Positions 1 through 12,581 of a DNA stretch of 64,000 bases are shown here, one piece after another. The stretch spans positions 1,907,723 to 1,971,722 of the forward strand of contig NW_002060953.1 of NCBI RefSeq assembly GCF_000150275.1, in the 5' to 3' direction. Positions within the stretch are counted from its first letter, which is position 1. Each line of letters begins with the position of its first letter. The DNA comes from Trichoplax adhaerens. Lineage: Eukaryota > Animalia > Placozoa. A program made the position numbers and the translations under genes. Below the pieces are notes generated by a model. That model was given only the letters and a program-made list of their open reading frames with translations, made no database searches and was not told the DNA's origin.

Positions 1-1475
1 AAGATTAATACTAATTTGCCTACAATATAGCAGGATATGAAAAATTTTCTGATTGTCAACTAAAATGTACCGCTTACTAAATATTTAATTATGAAACTAA
101 ATTATAAGTTATTACCGATACCCAAATGTAAAAGTGATTACCGGAGGATTTAGAATCGTACTGAAACGTAGACCAATTTGGCTAAACTAGATTACAGGTC
201 GTAGGATAAGAAAGCAATTATCAATTACGAACTGAAATAATATTCTGGGGATGCATCATGAACGATCTTATTTGAATAGCTACTGCTATGATATTCTAAT
301 AATCTGTTATATTGTATTAGAGGTTATTTAAAGATAATACGTATCAGCAACACATATTCTTGCTTGTAGAAACACAATTCATTCATGGATTGATTTCTAT
401 TTTGTATGTCCTACGAGGACAAAAATAATAATGTCTAGTATAGGCTGACAAATGTCATGTAGTAAGATGTTTTAACCTAGAAATAGATTTTCAACTGATG
501 ATATCGTCCTAGGTGCTTTCTATGATTTGATAATTGGAGTTCTGATAAATTTCCGTTAGCTAGTTTCAAGTGTAATGAAATATCTTCTAAGTATATGCTA
601 GTTCGATTGAGTATGATCTCAATAGCTACTTATGATTAATTAGTAATGATAAAATCTTTACAAAGTTAAGCTTAATGTACACAAATTCAGGTGTCATAAA
701 TAAAGCTAATTTCTTTCTTGAATAATCCGACAATTCAATACTTATGCACGCATCGACATTAAACAAATAATCTTTCTTATTTAAAACTCGATCAATTTGG
801 CATACTTTCTATTAGGTATTATGCTACAACGATAACTGATTAATATCTTTACATTCATTTACAATACCGTGTCATAAAATCTAGTAAATTTCAATAATAC
901 AACTGTTAAACTAGCCAAGATAGCGTTAAAATAATCTATGCTTTCAAGTTATAATTTACATATTTCCTGCGGACCAGTTCGAAGTGATGATATATCTTAT
1001 CGAGATGTTTCAAAGTAATAGATTTGATGTTGTTACTAGTCATCGCTAATAACGATAGATTGCGTTAAGAAGCTCTGTTCAGCATACGAGTAGTGCTAAA
1101 CAACGTCGATTTAATCGACATGGGAAATTCATATTTTAAACTGGATCATAAATTAAATGCATCGTTCTTAAGTAGCTTGTTACGAATGATATCATTAATT
1201 TTGGAATCTGAATTAAAGGACTCATTTCTTGTTTTTAACCGAATGAAATTTTTGGAAGTCCCTACTAATAACAAACGACTGTTTGCATTCATATTTCCTC
1301 CTATTATACTTTTCATATAAATACTGTATGCTCCTTTATGCGTACAGGCGAATTCAGAAATTGTTTGATGATGCAAATAATAGCATAGGCTCCGACATTG
1401 TAACGTTTCCTTTCGATTGATTTTGAGGTAAATGCATACATTATCCACATCTAAAGATTGATTCTTTTCTTCCAT
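1..1475 (-). pseudogene. Highly decayed leucine-rich-repeat gene relic (runs off the window start)
   Basis: Minus-strand fragments in shifting frames with many stops: KNDAFNL*SSLKY, RNLSLLAMTSNNIKSI, VENLFLG*NIL, SLLHLGIGNN. These resemble the LxxLxLxxNxI LRR consensus. Boundaries approximate. Confidence 0.3.
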
Positions 1476-4400
1476 TTTCTCTATTTATATTGCGTATATT
1501 TTATTGCTATATAACAGCATGAATCAATTTGACTTTCACAAGAGCAGTTAAACCGAGTGTAGCCATCTTGAGATATTTGTATATTTATTTCTATAAATTT
1601 CATGCGTGAGCTTTTTTGATTTATTTATAAAAATGGTGGTTACGCGAAGTATAAAAAAATCAATTCTAAATAGCAAAATACTAATTAAAATTAACCGATA
1701 ATAATAAAGCAAGATATTGATTTTGCAATTTTAGTTCTATGCCAGCTACTATAAATTAATATATATTACATCATATGATTCAAGTTTTACGTTTAAGATA
1801 GTAGGTATTTCTAATAATAAGTAAAGTATTGGTTATTTTATATAATCGTTTTTGATATTTATGGCATATGCTGTACTAATACTATTAAGTGCGAAAGTAA
1901 ACATTCTAGCTGATATAATAACATTATGCACTATCAGATCTTTTTAGCTTTCATAGATCATGCAATCTTTTCGAACGGATTACTTCATGTAAATTTAAGA
2001 ATTTACTCACTACTGAAAGTTTTAGTTAAGATATTTCTATTCACCTTTTTCCATACTTTATTAGCACTAACGATGGATACTAGTTGAACAGTGGTTAAGA
2101 ATAAATTATTTAATTTAAATCACTTTTTTAAAACTGACATCAAGTTTTAAGTGTTTTTTTTCTATCATAAGTTGAGAGAGATAAACGCCTCGTATATTGT
2201 ACGGATGAACACGTTAATTTCTACAAGTTTCAGTGTACCTGAAAATTCATAATCAGATTTTTGAATATTAATCTTGATAAATGCTTATAGCAACCTGGAG
2301 GATTACAAATTTTTATCAGTCAGTTTCAGTACTAATTGAGGATTAAAAGCAGAATAATATGTACTAGAGTATATATATAATTCCTTACATTAATTTTCCA
2401 AACCGATTCTACTCAATAAAATAATAAAGACCAATGAAAGAAGGATAGTACCGTATATCATTTCCATCGGAGTATCGCACGAAGAAAGCAATTTTATTCT
2501 ATTATACAGCTGTCAAAGATATTGTATTGCAACCATAGTCCATCGCAATGACGTCGCTAATTCGCTTTGGATTCTTTCTCATAATCCTTTATTCTTGCTC
2601 AACAATCATTAACTTATAAAATATACATACCTAAAAATAGGATAAATCAATTATGCCGTTCGGTAAAAGACTCTATATTCTCTATAAGATATCGATCTAT
2701 TGATCCATAATAACAATAGTGAGGGTTATGCCTGAAATTATAGCATTGTTAACAAATAGCCATATTATTATGGATTTGATGAACAAAAAGTGATCGATAA
2801 AGGTTACAGGACAGGATCTTCTTTATATCTGATATTTATTAATCACGCTATGATTACGAGTAAAGCGATATATTATAATTGAAAGCGTAATGCGTTGATC
2901 ATTTCTAAAAATGAAATTTCACGAATTATCAAGAGTATATTAATAATTATAACTTAGGGTTAAAATTCATATGAATATAATCTATCCAATAAATGTTAGT
3001 GCATTATCAATTACTCTCAGCCGGAATTTGATGGACATTTCCTAAACTGCATGCCGAACTTGCATAGGCAGAACAAATAAAGGTCTATATATATTTACTT
3101 ATAGTATTGTGTCATAATTTATATTATATAATTAACTCCTCGGCTGTCATCAAACACAAGACGAGCCCTGTATTATTCATATTTCATTACTCATTACTAA
3201 TCCATCATTTAATTAAGTACTCTGGTCGTAGTTTTTGCTCCCTAAAATAACTTGGCTATATTCTTAGGACCTTTTCTTTGATTTTATGTACAATCAGGCA
3301 GCCAAGGTGAAAATAAATGTCCTTCAAAGATCGTCTCTAACGTACCATGATATAGCAGTAAAATTGCTTATTCGAGCATAGCATAGATTTACAATCTAAC
3401 TTATGTCTTGTTCTTACGGTGTTGCCTTGTCATTAGGATAGTTTAATAAGAACAGTAGTAGCTGGTATAGAGAATATCCATAGTTGTAGTACTAGGTAAG
3501 ATAAGTAATGCCTTAACGTGAATGTTGTTTGTAATAGTTCATTACATATTTGATATTGATTGTTATTGTGTGAAAGTTAGCAATATGATGATTGAAGTTC
3601 TAGTTGATGATAGTTGAATTAGACAACCTACGAGCTTAGATTAAGATTAAGTATGAGTAAGAGATTTAAAATATTTACTGATAGAAAAGCTATGTAAGGA
3701 ACATCTCAGTTCGAGATGTTTCTCCTAGTATGGTATAATAATAATACTGTTGTTGTTTACAAATTAGAGAAACGGGAACATTTGAGTTGAGTGGTGTGGT
3801 AAAAAGTTGTAGATGTATCTTTGCTGATAAAAGTTTCATCTTGACTGTATTTTGCTGTGTGTGTTTAACGCTAACTAAAAGGGCGTTTAAGTCAGTAGCT
3901 ACTTATAGACTTTTGCTGTACGTTACCTTGCCGTAGAAGTGAAATTGTGACACTTGTCCGCTATGCAATATATCAACCATATGATTGGCGCATTACTTTC
4001 AATGTTATTTCAGAATGTACTAATGCGTCTTATATAAGATCATGAACTTATGTATACCTGTTGTTGAAAAAACAGGAATATGCATTTTAAGCTACTTCTG
4101 GTAATCTTCCGAAAGAAGAGATCATACTAAAGATAAACTCCGTTTCATTTACTTAGATGACAATATTTCATATATGGCTATCTTATATTTGACTAATGTC
4201 CTTGCAGTAAATATCTAATTGTATTTTTAAGCAGATATTCAAGTCAATCACTATCCATAAGATACAATAATGATTTTGCACTCTAAAATTAGCTTGATTC
4301 AACTATAGATCATCTTTACATACATTTCATTGATTTCCTTTGAACATGAAATAAATTATTATCATGTTTACGCAATCGATTAATGTAAATATTATTCCAG

Positions 4401-5249
4401 TCTATCAATGCTAAAATATACTTAACTGTAAATAACTTTCTAGTAAATACTTCTATTCATCGCTGATATAATTCAATAGCTCTCTTTGCTACAATTTTAT
4501 TTATTTTCATCCACCACTGGCTAGATCAACTATGTTCTTCACCTGATCAGCCCCCTAAAATATATGCCTATTTTCGAGTATAAAAGTAATTACTTCAGCT
4601 TCGAGAGTATTTTTAAATCTGTTAACGAGGTTTATCTTGCTTTATTATTCACTCTATAGCTCTTACGTACCGCTCTAATGAAATTATATAAATGTAATAT
4701 TATCTCGTCTTTTGTAATTATTTTACTTTAAGCATATTTGTTATTTTCTGAAATTAATCAGCTATGCTCGTATGCTATTGAACTTAGGCTTTTCGCTTCG
4801 CTATATGCGTGCTATTCATTCATTAACAATAGTAAGTTATTAAGGATGATATGTTGCGTTGCTCTTAGATATGGAGACTATCGACTAAGCTACTAAGATT
4901 TCGGATGAGTGAGGGGGTACTGTATCTAGTAATATATAGCAACCATAAATTCATACAGCACGGTAGTATTCTCTAAGGTTTCTCAGTAAGAATTAGAAAT
5001 AAAGTTAGTCATTCAGTACACTCTTATATTGTAATGGAAATTATGCTGACAGCATCCTGTTTTTAGACATTATATTATTACATGATCATGATATAAGGCA
5101 TATACTCAATTGCTCACGAAGTCGCGATCAAGCAATAAAGTTCAAAGCAATGTTCACAGGTCATTATGTCGGTATTACTTGTCTTTTACAAAAATCTCAT
5201 AACTCACAGCATTGATAAAACCTATCATGGTCTCAATGAAATTCTCTGT

Positions 5250-6200
5250 TTTCTGAGAAAAAATATTCCAACAGGTATTTTTACATTACGAGTCATATGT
5301 TCATAATTTCGTATTTCTATACATTAAATGTTAAGGGTGCTATTCATTCGTTGATGGATGGGTAGTAATCGATTCGATCTGATATTATAAAATTCTCCGC
5401 TCAAAATTGAATGATAACATTATCAAAGGTACCGTTAAATAGGTTATATTAACGATTGGATTTACCATTTCGCTTACTGTGTTAATAAATACTTGTTCAA
5501 ATCTATCAATATTGATATGATGATAAGACCTAAAAACTGTAACAAAGCGTTTTTGCATTTATTTAGTGATAGTGATACATTGACTTATCTTTAGCCATTC
5601 CACACACAAGAAATTAATATACTCCAATATACCCGATGTTGACTGACTATTTATATTTTAATTGTTATACAGATAATTCCCCTTCATTATAATTATTGCA
5701 TATACATGTTCAATAAAACCCATAGAAGCGAAAAAAGTTCTTTCTTTTTACCTCTAAAGATGAAACGATGTCTTGGAATATTTTAAGTAAACCTCAGCTC
5801 ATAATGCTTCATTTATAATTTATGATAAATTGAGGTCATGTGCTTCATCTCTTGCATTTTCCATAATATATTTCTTGATCTATCAATATTGGTTTGTCGA
5901 GAAAGAAAGAAACGGATGTGACTATTTACCCGATGTTAGATAATAATATTAATTCAGATAATAGCAAATACGTGACTCAAGGAACTTATTATTCCTCACA
6001 ATATTCCTGGATTTGTCCATGCACTCTCTTTGATGTAATATGGGAAGAGTCCTACGCTATTTAACACCAATGTTAGCTAATAAGTTCAATACTCGTTTAA
6101 GGAAATGATAAGGAATGGTAACTTGGGATTTATGCGTATACGCTAATCTTAGCTAATGATATTTATTCGTTGCGATTATAACTATGTGAGGGATGAATAA
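5250..6200 (-). pseudogene. Decayed rhodopsin-class GPCR relic
   Basis: Fragments in 7TM order: AWTNPGIL*GIISSLSHVFAII*INIII (ECL1 Trp and TM3, with TGA where the TM3 Cys is expected), then MNSTLNI*CIEIRN (resembles TM7 NSxLNPxIYxxRN). Many stops. Boundaries approximate. Confidence 0.35.
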
Positions 6201-6269
6201 TTTATTCTATGAGATATTCCTTGCTCTGTTAACGCTTATTTGATGAAATAACAAGTGATAGAAACTAAT

Positions 6270-6995
6270 CCTTTTAAATTAAGCTTGCTCATACTAATAT
6301 GCCCACTAGTGCTGTTTAATCTCTATGGTAGAGGAAGTTTTGAATTTCTTTCTGGACTAGGATTGCAGAATGCTAACGTAATATTTTGTGAAGCTTGCAA
6401 ATTATGCTTATTCGCGCTTGGTATGCTTACTAATACTATTAATCTATAGCGTAAAGAAGTTCTTATAATTCCTTTCTAGACTGGGATAGTAGAATGTTGA
6501 CGTAACATTGTGTAAGTCCCATTAAATTAAGCTGATTCACCTTTATATACAAACTAATGCCGTTTAATTATTAGAGTATAAGAGGTCTTTCTAGACTAGT
6601 ACAGCAGAATGCTAACATAATATTGTGTGAATCCAATTAAATTAAGCTGATTCACCTTGATATGCAAACTTATGCCGTTCAATTACTAAAGTATAAGGAG
6701 TCTTTCTAGACTAGCACGGGCAAAATGCTAACTTAATATTGTATGAATCCCATTAAATTAAGTTGTCCTCGTTGATATGCACACCTCTACTGTTCAAATC
6801 ACTCTCTGGAGTAAAGGAGTTTTTCAATTTCTTTCTAGACTAAGAGAGAGGAACGCTAAAGTAAAATTATGTGAAGCCCATTAAATGAAGCTTATTCACC
6901 CTAATAGGTCCACAAACGCATTTTAATTACCAGAGCAAATCATTTTTTCAATTCCCTCTTAAACTAGGAGAGCCGAATGCTAAAGTAATACCGTA
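6270..6995. repeat. Degenerate tandem repeat, ~115-125 bp unit, ~6 copies
   Basis: Recurring TTAAATTAAGCT...TCTTTCTAGACTAG...AGAATGCTAAC...ATATTGTGTGAA near 6275, 6400, 6522, 6636, 6753 and 6880. Confidence 0.85.
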
Positions 6996-9003
6996 TAAAA
7001 ATCGGATTGTCCAATCTGTGTACGAATGTTAATCAGCAACCATCGATTAATTTGATGAATCGATTTTGACGAGTGCTAGCCTGTTTTTATATACATAGCT
7101 GTCAAAATAGCATGCCTACCAATCTGATAATAGTGATTACAAAAAGAAATCAATCCATTCAGTACTGCTGTACTAGTTATCTACTCTGTCTTTTCTTAAT
7201 TCACTACTTTGTACATTGCCTACCTTTTCTCTTGGATCAGGAAGGCTATTATTTGAATATTAATACGTTATTGATTTCCTCAAGCGTCCTTTTATCCCAT
7301 TTTAACCCGTAATAGTATAGATAAGCGATTGCCACAAGCTGTCCAGAATATTCAATCTTTCTTTATTAGCCACTGATCCAAATAGGAAGCGCCATTTTCT
7401 ATGATGTTTCTGTAAGCCAGGGATGGCCTACAATATTCTCCTCCACGATGCATTCTTCTTCCTAGTGCCTCTTTTCAACCAATTTCAGTCATCTTTATCC
7501 ACACTTTTCTCCTCTTCAAGTATTTTTAACTAGCTACTGCCTCCAGTATTGATAATATGCATTTATTTTAAATCAGGCCAAACCTAGCTAGAAAAAGCAT
7601 TTCGTCAGTTCTTCTAAACTATCCAAATGGCTTCATTGATTTCCCATTTGCCGGTTTCTGAGTATCGTTAAACTGGCGTCATCAAAACCCTTTGCTATTG
7701 GTTCGCTAATTGATTTTATGATGTTAATTCCTATTTTCGTAATCCCTCCTATTCCTATTTTCCAATAGGAATGCTGTTCTAATTTCAGGAAGACAAATTA
7801 TTGTCCATTTAAGTGACGTTATTGTGATGTCATGATGATAGACGTAATCGTAATATTGGCATGATAGAAATTAAATGGAGTTGCTCTTGCATCATTGCCA
7901 ACCTATACTAAATTAGCATCATGGAGTAGTCGCGACAATATTGAATATATTCTCACCTATTACTATGACCAAATATGATAACTGTCAATTTATTAAGTAT
8001 ACATATAGATATTACTCGAATAATATTCAATAACGTGAGCTTTTATAAATAGCTACTATAATTGGAATTGAGTATTGAAAAAAATCGTATTTAAATAAAT
8101 ACTTTAGCAGCTAATCAAATCGTTGGATGATTTTGCAGGGGAGCAGTTTGGAGGTAGGAATGACTAGAGTAGATTGGTTCTAGGTCAACGCTATTTCAAT
8201 TGATTGCAGTCATTGCAAGTATTGCTTACGCCATTTTCTTCGATCCGATAGGGCATACAGTTTTTAATTCTACTTATATAATTAATTGACTTGCACTACC
8301 GTCTGTAGCTAGCTTTTAAATACTGTCGATCAGAAGAATTGTTTTGTTAATGAGATTGTGCATAGCCAATGGGCTAGCCGATGTTGGTCTAATGGACTAG
8401 AATAATTGCAATTAGTATGGATACTATTAATTGAAGACAAATATTGCCGATAGAGTTATTAATAGCTTGTTCTCATCCTCTAGCTGATCCAACAAGAAGA
8501 ACTATCCGCCCACCTCAATCTATCCAATCCTTAGCTAGAAAACGGAAGATACAATCTAAGACAGATTTCCCTCTCGCTGGTTTTTGAGAAATTGAAGAGA
8601 GATTACGCTGTTGCAATGAAGTATGCTTATTAAGTTCGATGCAATCTTGTCTATTGATAGTATCTTGAGTCCTTAAATTTTCATATCGAGCCATTAAAAT
8701 AATGAATAATATGCACTAGAATGGCCAATTGATGCTTATGATTCTTAAATTATACTGTTAATTTATGGAAAAAAATATTTGCATAGTTGTAAAAATCACT
8801 ATCTCGGGCATATTTGATTTTATTCTCAACTGCATGACTTTCTTTCCCTTGAATGTTCACTTTTTCGCATATTTTTGAATTGAAATACTCTAAGGGAACA
8901 AGTCCAGATAATTTGCAGGGTGATGCTTGTCAATTTATATTCCATATTCATTATAACTATTAAATAAAAATCAATGCCATTCAATTTTAGATTGTCTTTC
9001 GGA

Positions 9004-10664
9004 ATGGCTTCGCAAAACTGGATAGCGGTTATTTTAATAGCGACATTATTCTTCAGCAGCATTAAAGGGCAAATTGGCCACCCCTCAACTATCTTAAGCA
9101 GTCATTTCAATTTGCTGGATAATACAGTTCATTTAATGATGCAACAACCAGTCGCTTCTAATTTTACCATGGAAAAACGCTCTTTAGAGGTAAGATTGAG
9201 TCTCAACCTTAAAAGTTGATTACCCATGTTGACAGCTTGACGAATGATTTACGATTCCTTATTGATTAGCATGCTGCTTGATTCTAAGGTTGGTAACTCA
9301 AGTTTAGAGCTTTGATGGATAATTTATGATAGTTTATTGATGGGCAGGCTGCTTGACTCTTAGATTAGCTGCTCATGTTTAGAGCAATAACGAATAATTT
9401 AGGATACATAATTGATTAGCAGGCTGCTTAATTCTACTTTTCTATAGATCTCTTTTTTCATACAAACAGTTTTGATTCTTTCACTTTTATGTAACTAGCA
9501 GCAATGAAAGGATTGCATGACAAATTATAAATCAACTAAGATACTAAATGTATATAGTTAGATGAGCTACTAGAATTGCAATTCAAAACTCGTATAATCT
9601 CAAATACCAAAATAGCTGGAAAACAGAATTTTCAATACATGAATACATTCATTTTAACTTTGTTTCTTTGTAGCAAACAAGAGAAATCGCCAAGCCAAAT
9701 GTCACTGTCTGGATTGCTGGCGATATCGATTCATGCAGCCTACCTGATGAGAACATCAGATCCTTTTGCAAGATCGAATATAAAGTTCCCACAGTCATAG
9801 CCAAGAGGACTTCTCGACTTTTTCAGTTTATTATCAAAAATTTCAAGATTCTAAAATCGCAAATGTTGACTGATTGTCTGTACAGCTTGAAGGAAGTGCT
9901 CTGCAAAGGAACCCTACCTCAATGTTCTAAAGATACTGTAACCGCTTCCTATTCAAATATTCAACAAGCTTGTGCACAAGTGCGTTGGTGTACATCGTCT
10001 TTTACTAGTCTTACAGATCAAAGTTGGATGCAATCTTGTCAAGTTTCTGGTCAAACATTTGATTTAAAAGTATGTAAGAAAGCTAATGTAACCTCTATTA
10101 ACCTACAAAATTGCGGTCCATTACCCAAGCAAATTACATTTCCTACATGGATTATTCCAAATATTGAGCAGAAATCAAAAAGCAAAGCTCTAATTCGAAG
10201 AAGCTATAGTCATGAAGGCGTAAATTCGCGTTGCATTGATAAATGGGTTAATATGTATTGCTTAAGTGCTCCATTTTGTAGCAGCCATCACAATAAAATT
10301 GTAAGTGGAATTACGCAACAGCAATGCCAGTCGGCATTAAACTGGTAAGGGATACGACAAACTAATTTCTACTTTCTGACAATCTTTCTGCTGTTGACAG
10401 TTTTCCCCTTTACCCTTAAATATCTATCATGACAGCATTCTAATTCCTGCACTTCCATGACAACATTTTAGCTTACCTGATCGAATTCGAAAATTTCTAC
10501 TCTTAACGGTCGATTGCAATGCGTATCCAGACGAAAATTCCGAAAAAGAAATTATGTCAAGTGAATGTGCTTATTCAAATGGTACAGAATCGATCGAAGG
10601 CGATAACTTGCGATGGCTTCTTTTATATTTTACAATCGTTTTATTAACCTATATAATTTTGTAA
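9004..10664 (+). CDS. Paralog A: 349-aa secreted/GPI-anchored protein with two tandem 8-Cys Frizzled-CRD-like domains (exons 9004-9189, 9674-10344, 10472-10664)
   Basis: Signal peptide MASQNWIAVILIATLFFSSIKG. GT-AG introns in phase 0 and phase 2 (the second splits a TG/C Cys codon) join an uninterrupted frame. Two repeats of C..C....C-x8-C-x5/6-PxC...C..C....C. The C-terminus AYSNG...LRWLLLYFTIVLLTYIIL* looks like a GPI-addition signal. Confidence 0.85.
9211..9435. repeat. ~75 bp tandem repeat x3 in intron 1 of paralog A
   Basis: Three copies ending in ATTGATTAGCA(T/G)GCTGCTTGATTCT-like sequence. Confidence 0.8.
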
Positions 10665-11339
10665 AGGGAAGCTCTTTCGTGTAGCAGCTTACGCGTAGAA
10701 TTAATTATTTTTCATCACTTAAAAAGATAAAATTAAAGTAATCGCATATAGGAGAGAGAAAGTAGCATAGTATTTTTATAAAATAGAGTAGGTCTCGTTG
10801 TTATTTCTACTGAGATGTGACATGAAATATTTAAGCTAATACTCAACTGTTCACACTATTAGTCAGCTAGGAATCGTAGCTATCAATATCTAAATTCGTC
10901 GTAGACATCCATTTAGAGTCAACTTATTGTCGTAATTTTCCTCTATATGGAAAAAATTACGAAAAAAATAATCTAGTGAATTTTATCAGATACATTTGAT
11001 CTATTGGAGAATAATTTTGAACTAAATTAAAGTAAAGTTATTTAAAAAAAGTAAATGTTTACTCTAAATGCACTTAAATCATATCTTTGAATATTGAAAT
11101 AGATTCTGTTTTATATCGAATTTACTTTGCGTTTGCCCTTAGTTAAATTAATACTCTTGACAGTCGCTATGATAGCATTTTCTTGGCTTCTGCAAATGCA
11201 TTAATTGACAAGATATCTATTATATTAATAGCTATAAGATGTAGACATATCTTAATGGATGAATCTTATTTATTAATTTCCTATTAGTGACTTACTTAAC
11301 GTAATAGTCTGATGTATTGATAGATGAATAAATGACATA

Positions 11340-12130
11340 GACAACTTCTATCTGATTTTAAAGGGCATTGGATGAGCAAGGAATATTGTAGACTTCCATA
11401 CTCTACTCTTATTTAACAAAATGTGCTACTTATATGCTAGTTTCCATTATCGTTCAATGCGAACAGTATAGCATAGTCTAAAACGTGAGAGAAATATTCA
11501 TGAACTAAGGGAGAATAAAAATATCTATAGGATTAGCTATTGCATGAGAAACTAGTAGTTTATCATAGGAAGATTAGTATAGGTGCGAATTACAAATCTT
11601 TGAACACCCGGAAAACGATAGCCTGATTAATTTGCTCCGTATATCGCATGAGTTGATCCTTTTGCTAGAATAACTATCTATCATTACTAACTTATAGTGA
11701 TAATTTCCAGTTGTATGGATATTCTACGCCATCATCATATCAGTTACTGTTTCAGGATATTCAACTATCTGAACATAAGAATACTTCAAAATAACACTGT
11801 CTACATTTTATTCCTTTCCGAGTAGCTTTATTACTTTACCAACAACATTTATAAATATCCGGCATTGAAAGACAATCTATAATATTTTTTTGCAGCGAAA
11901 GAATCTGGCTGAAATAAATTGTACACATGGCATTGCAATTAAGCAAGTACCCAATATTATGCCTCGTAATATTGATAGCTCCCTAATGAAATTAGTTGTG
12001 GCCTTTAAATCGATTCAGTATAGAAAATACAGGCTAAATGGGCATCCATGAATGTAGGCGTTTCGGAGCATGAATATTTACACTGCTCTAATCTTAGATG
12101 CTTTTGCAATATTAATCAAACCTTGAGTAT
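11340..12130 (+). pseudogene. Decayed LRR gene relic
   Basis: SSFITLPTTFINIRH*KTIYNIFLQRKNLAEI followed by RLNGHP*M*, which resembles the LRR-CT motif LxGNPWxC with TGG changed to TGA. Boundaries approximate. Confidence 0.3.
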
Positions 12131-12581
12131 TAGTTATAGCAAGTTTTCTTTTTCATTAAAGTAAGTGAGGATATTAGTATTCTAAAATCATAGCAATACT
12201 TATCGATAGAAAAGACTTAGGCAATAAGAACGATACGGTAGCTTGAACGATCATTCACGAAATAATGTCAATGTTGCCGGCTAGAGTTTGTCCGAATGCT
12301 TATTCTTAAAAAACATGGATTGAGAGTAGCACTAACTTCTCGGAATGTGGATTGTAGAGGCAATATCTCATAAATTAGGAGTAATACAAATCATGAGGTA
12401 AATTGAACAAGATATTAAAAAAATACCATGCCTCTGTTACCAATTAACATTGAATTAGCCAACTAACGTGCAATATACCTAAAAAATATGCTCTACTAAA
12501 TAAATTAATAACATGGGTACCATCGTAAATTATATCTATTGCGAAGAAACTTAAAGCATATGGAAAGATTTCACCTAGAAT

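Noticed and set aside
2400-4400. A further LRR-GPCR relic (FKSLTH, WIFSIPA, IIIWLFV...LLPNGII)
   Set aside because: Plausible given the neighbours, but the fragments are too short to support as a feature.
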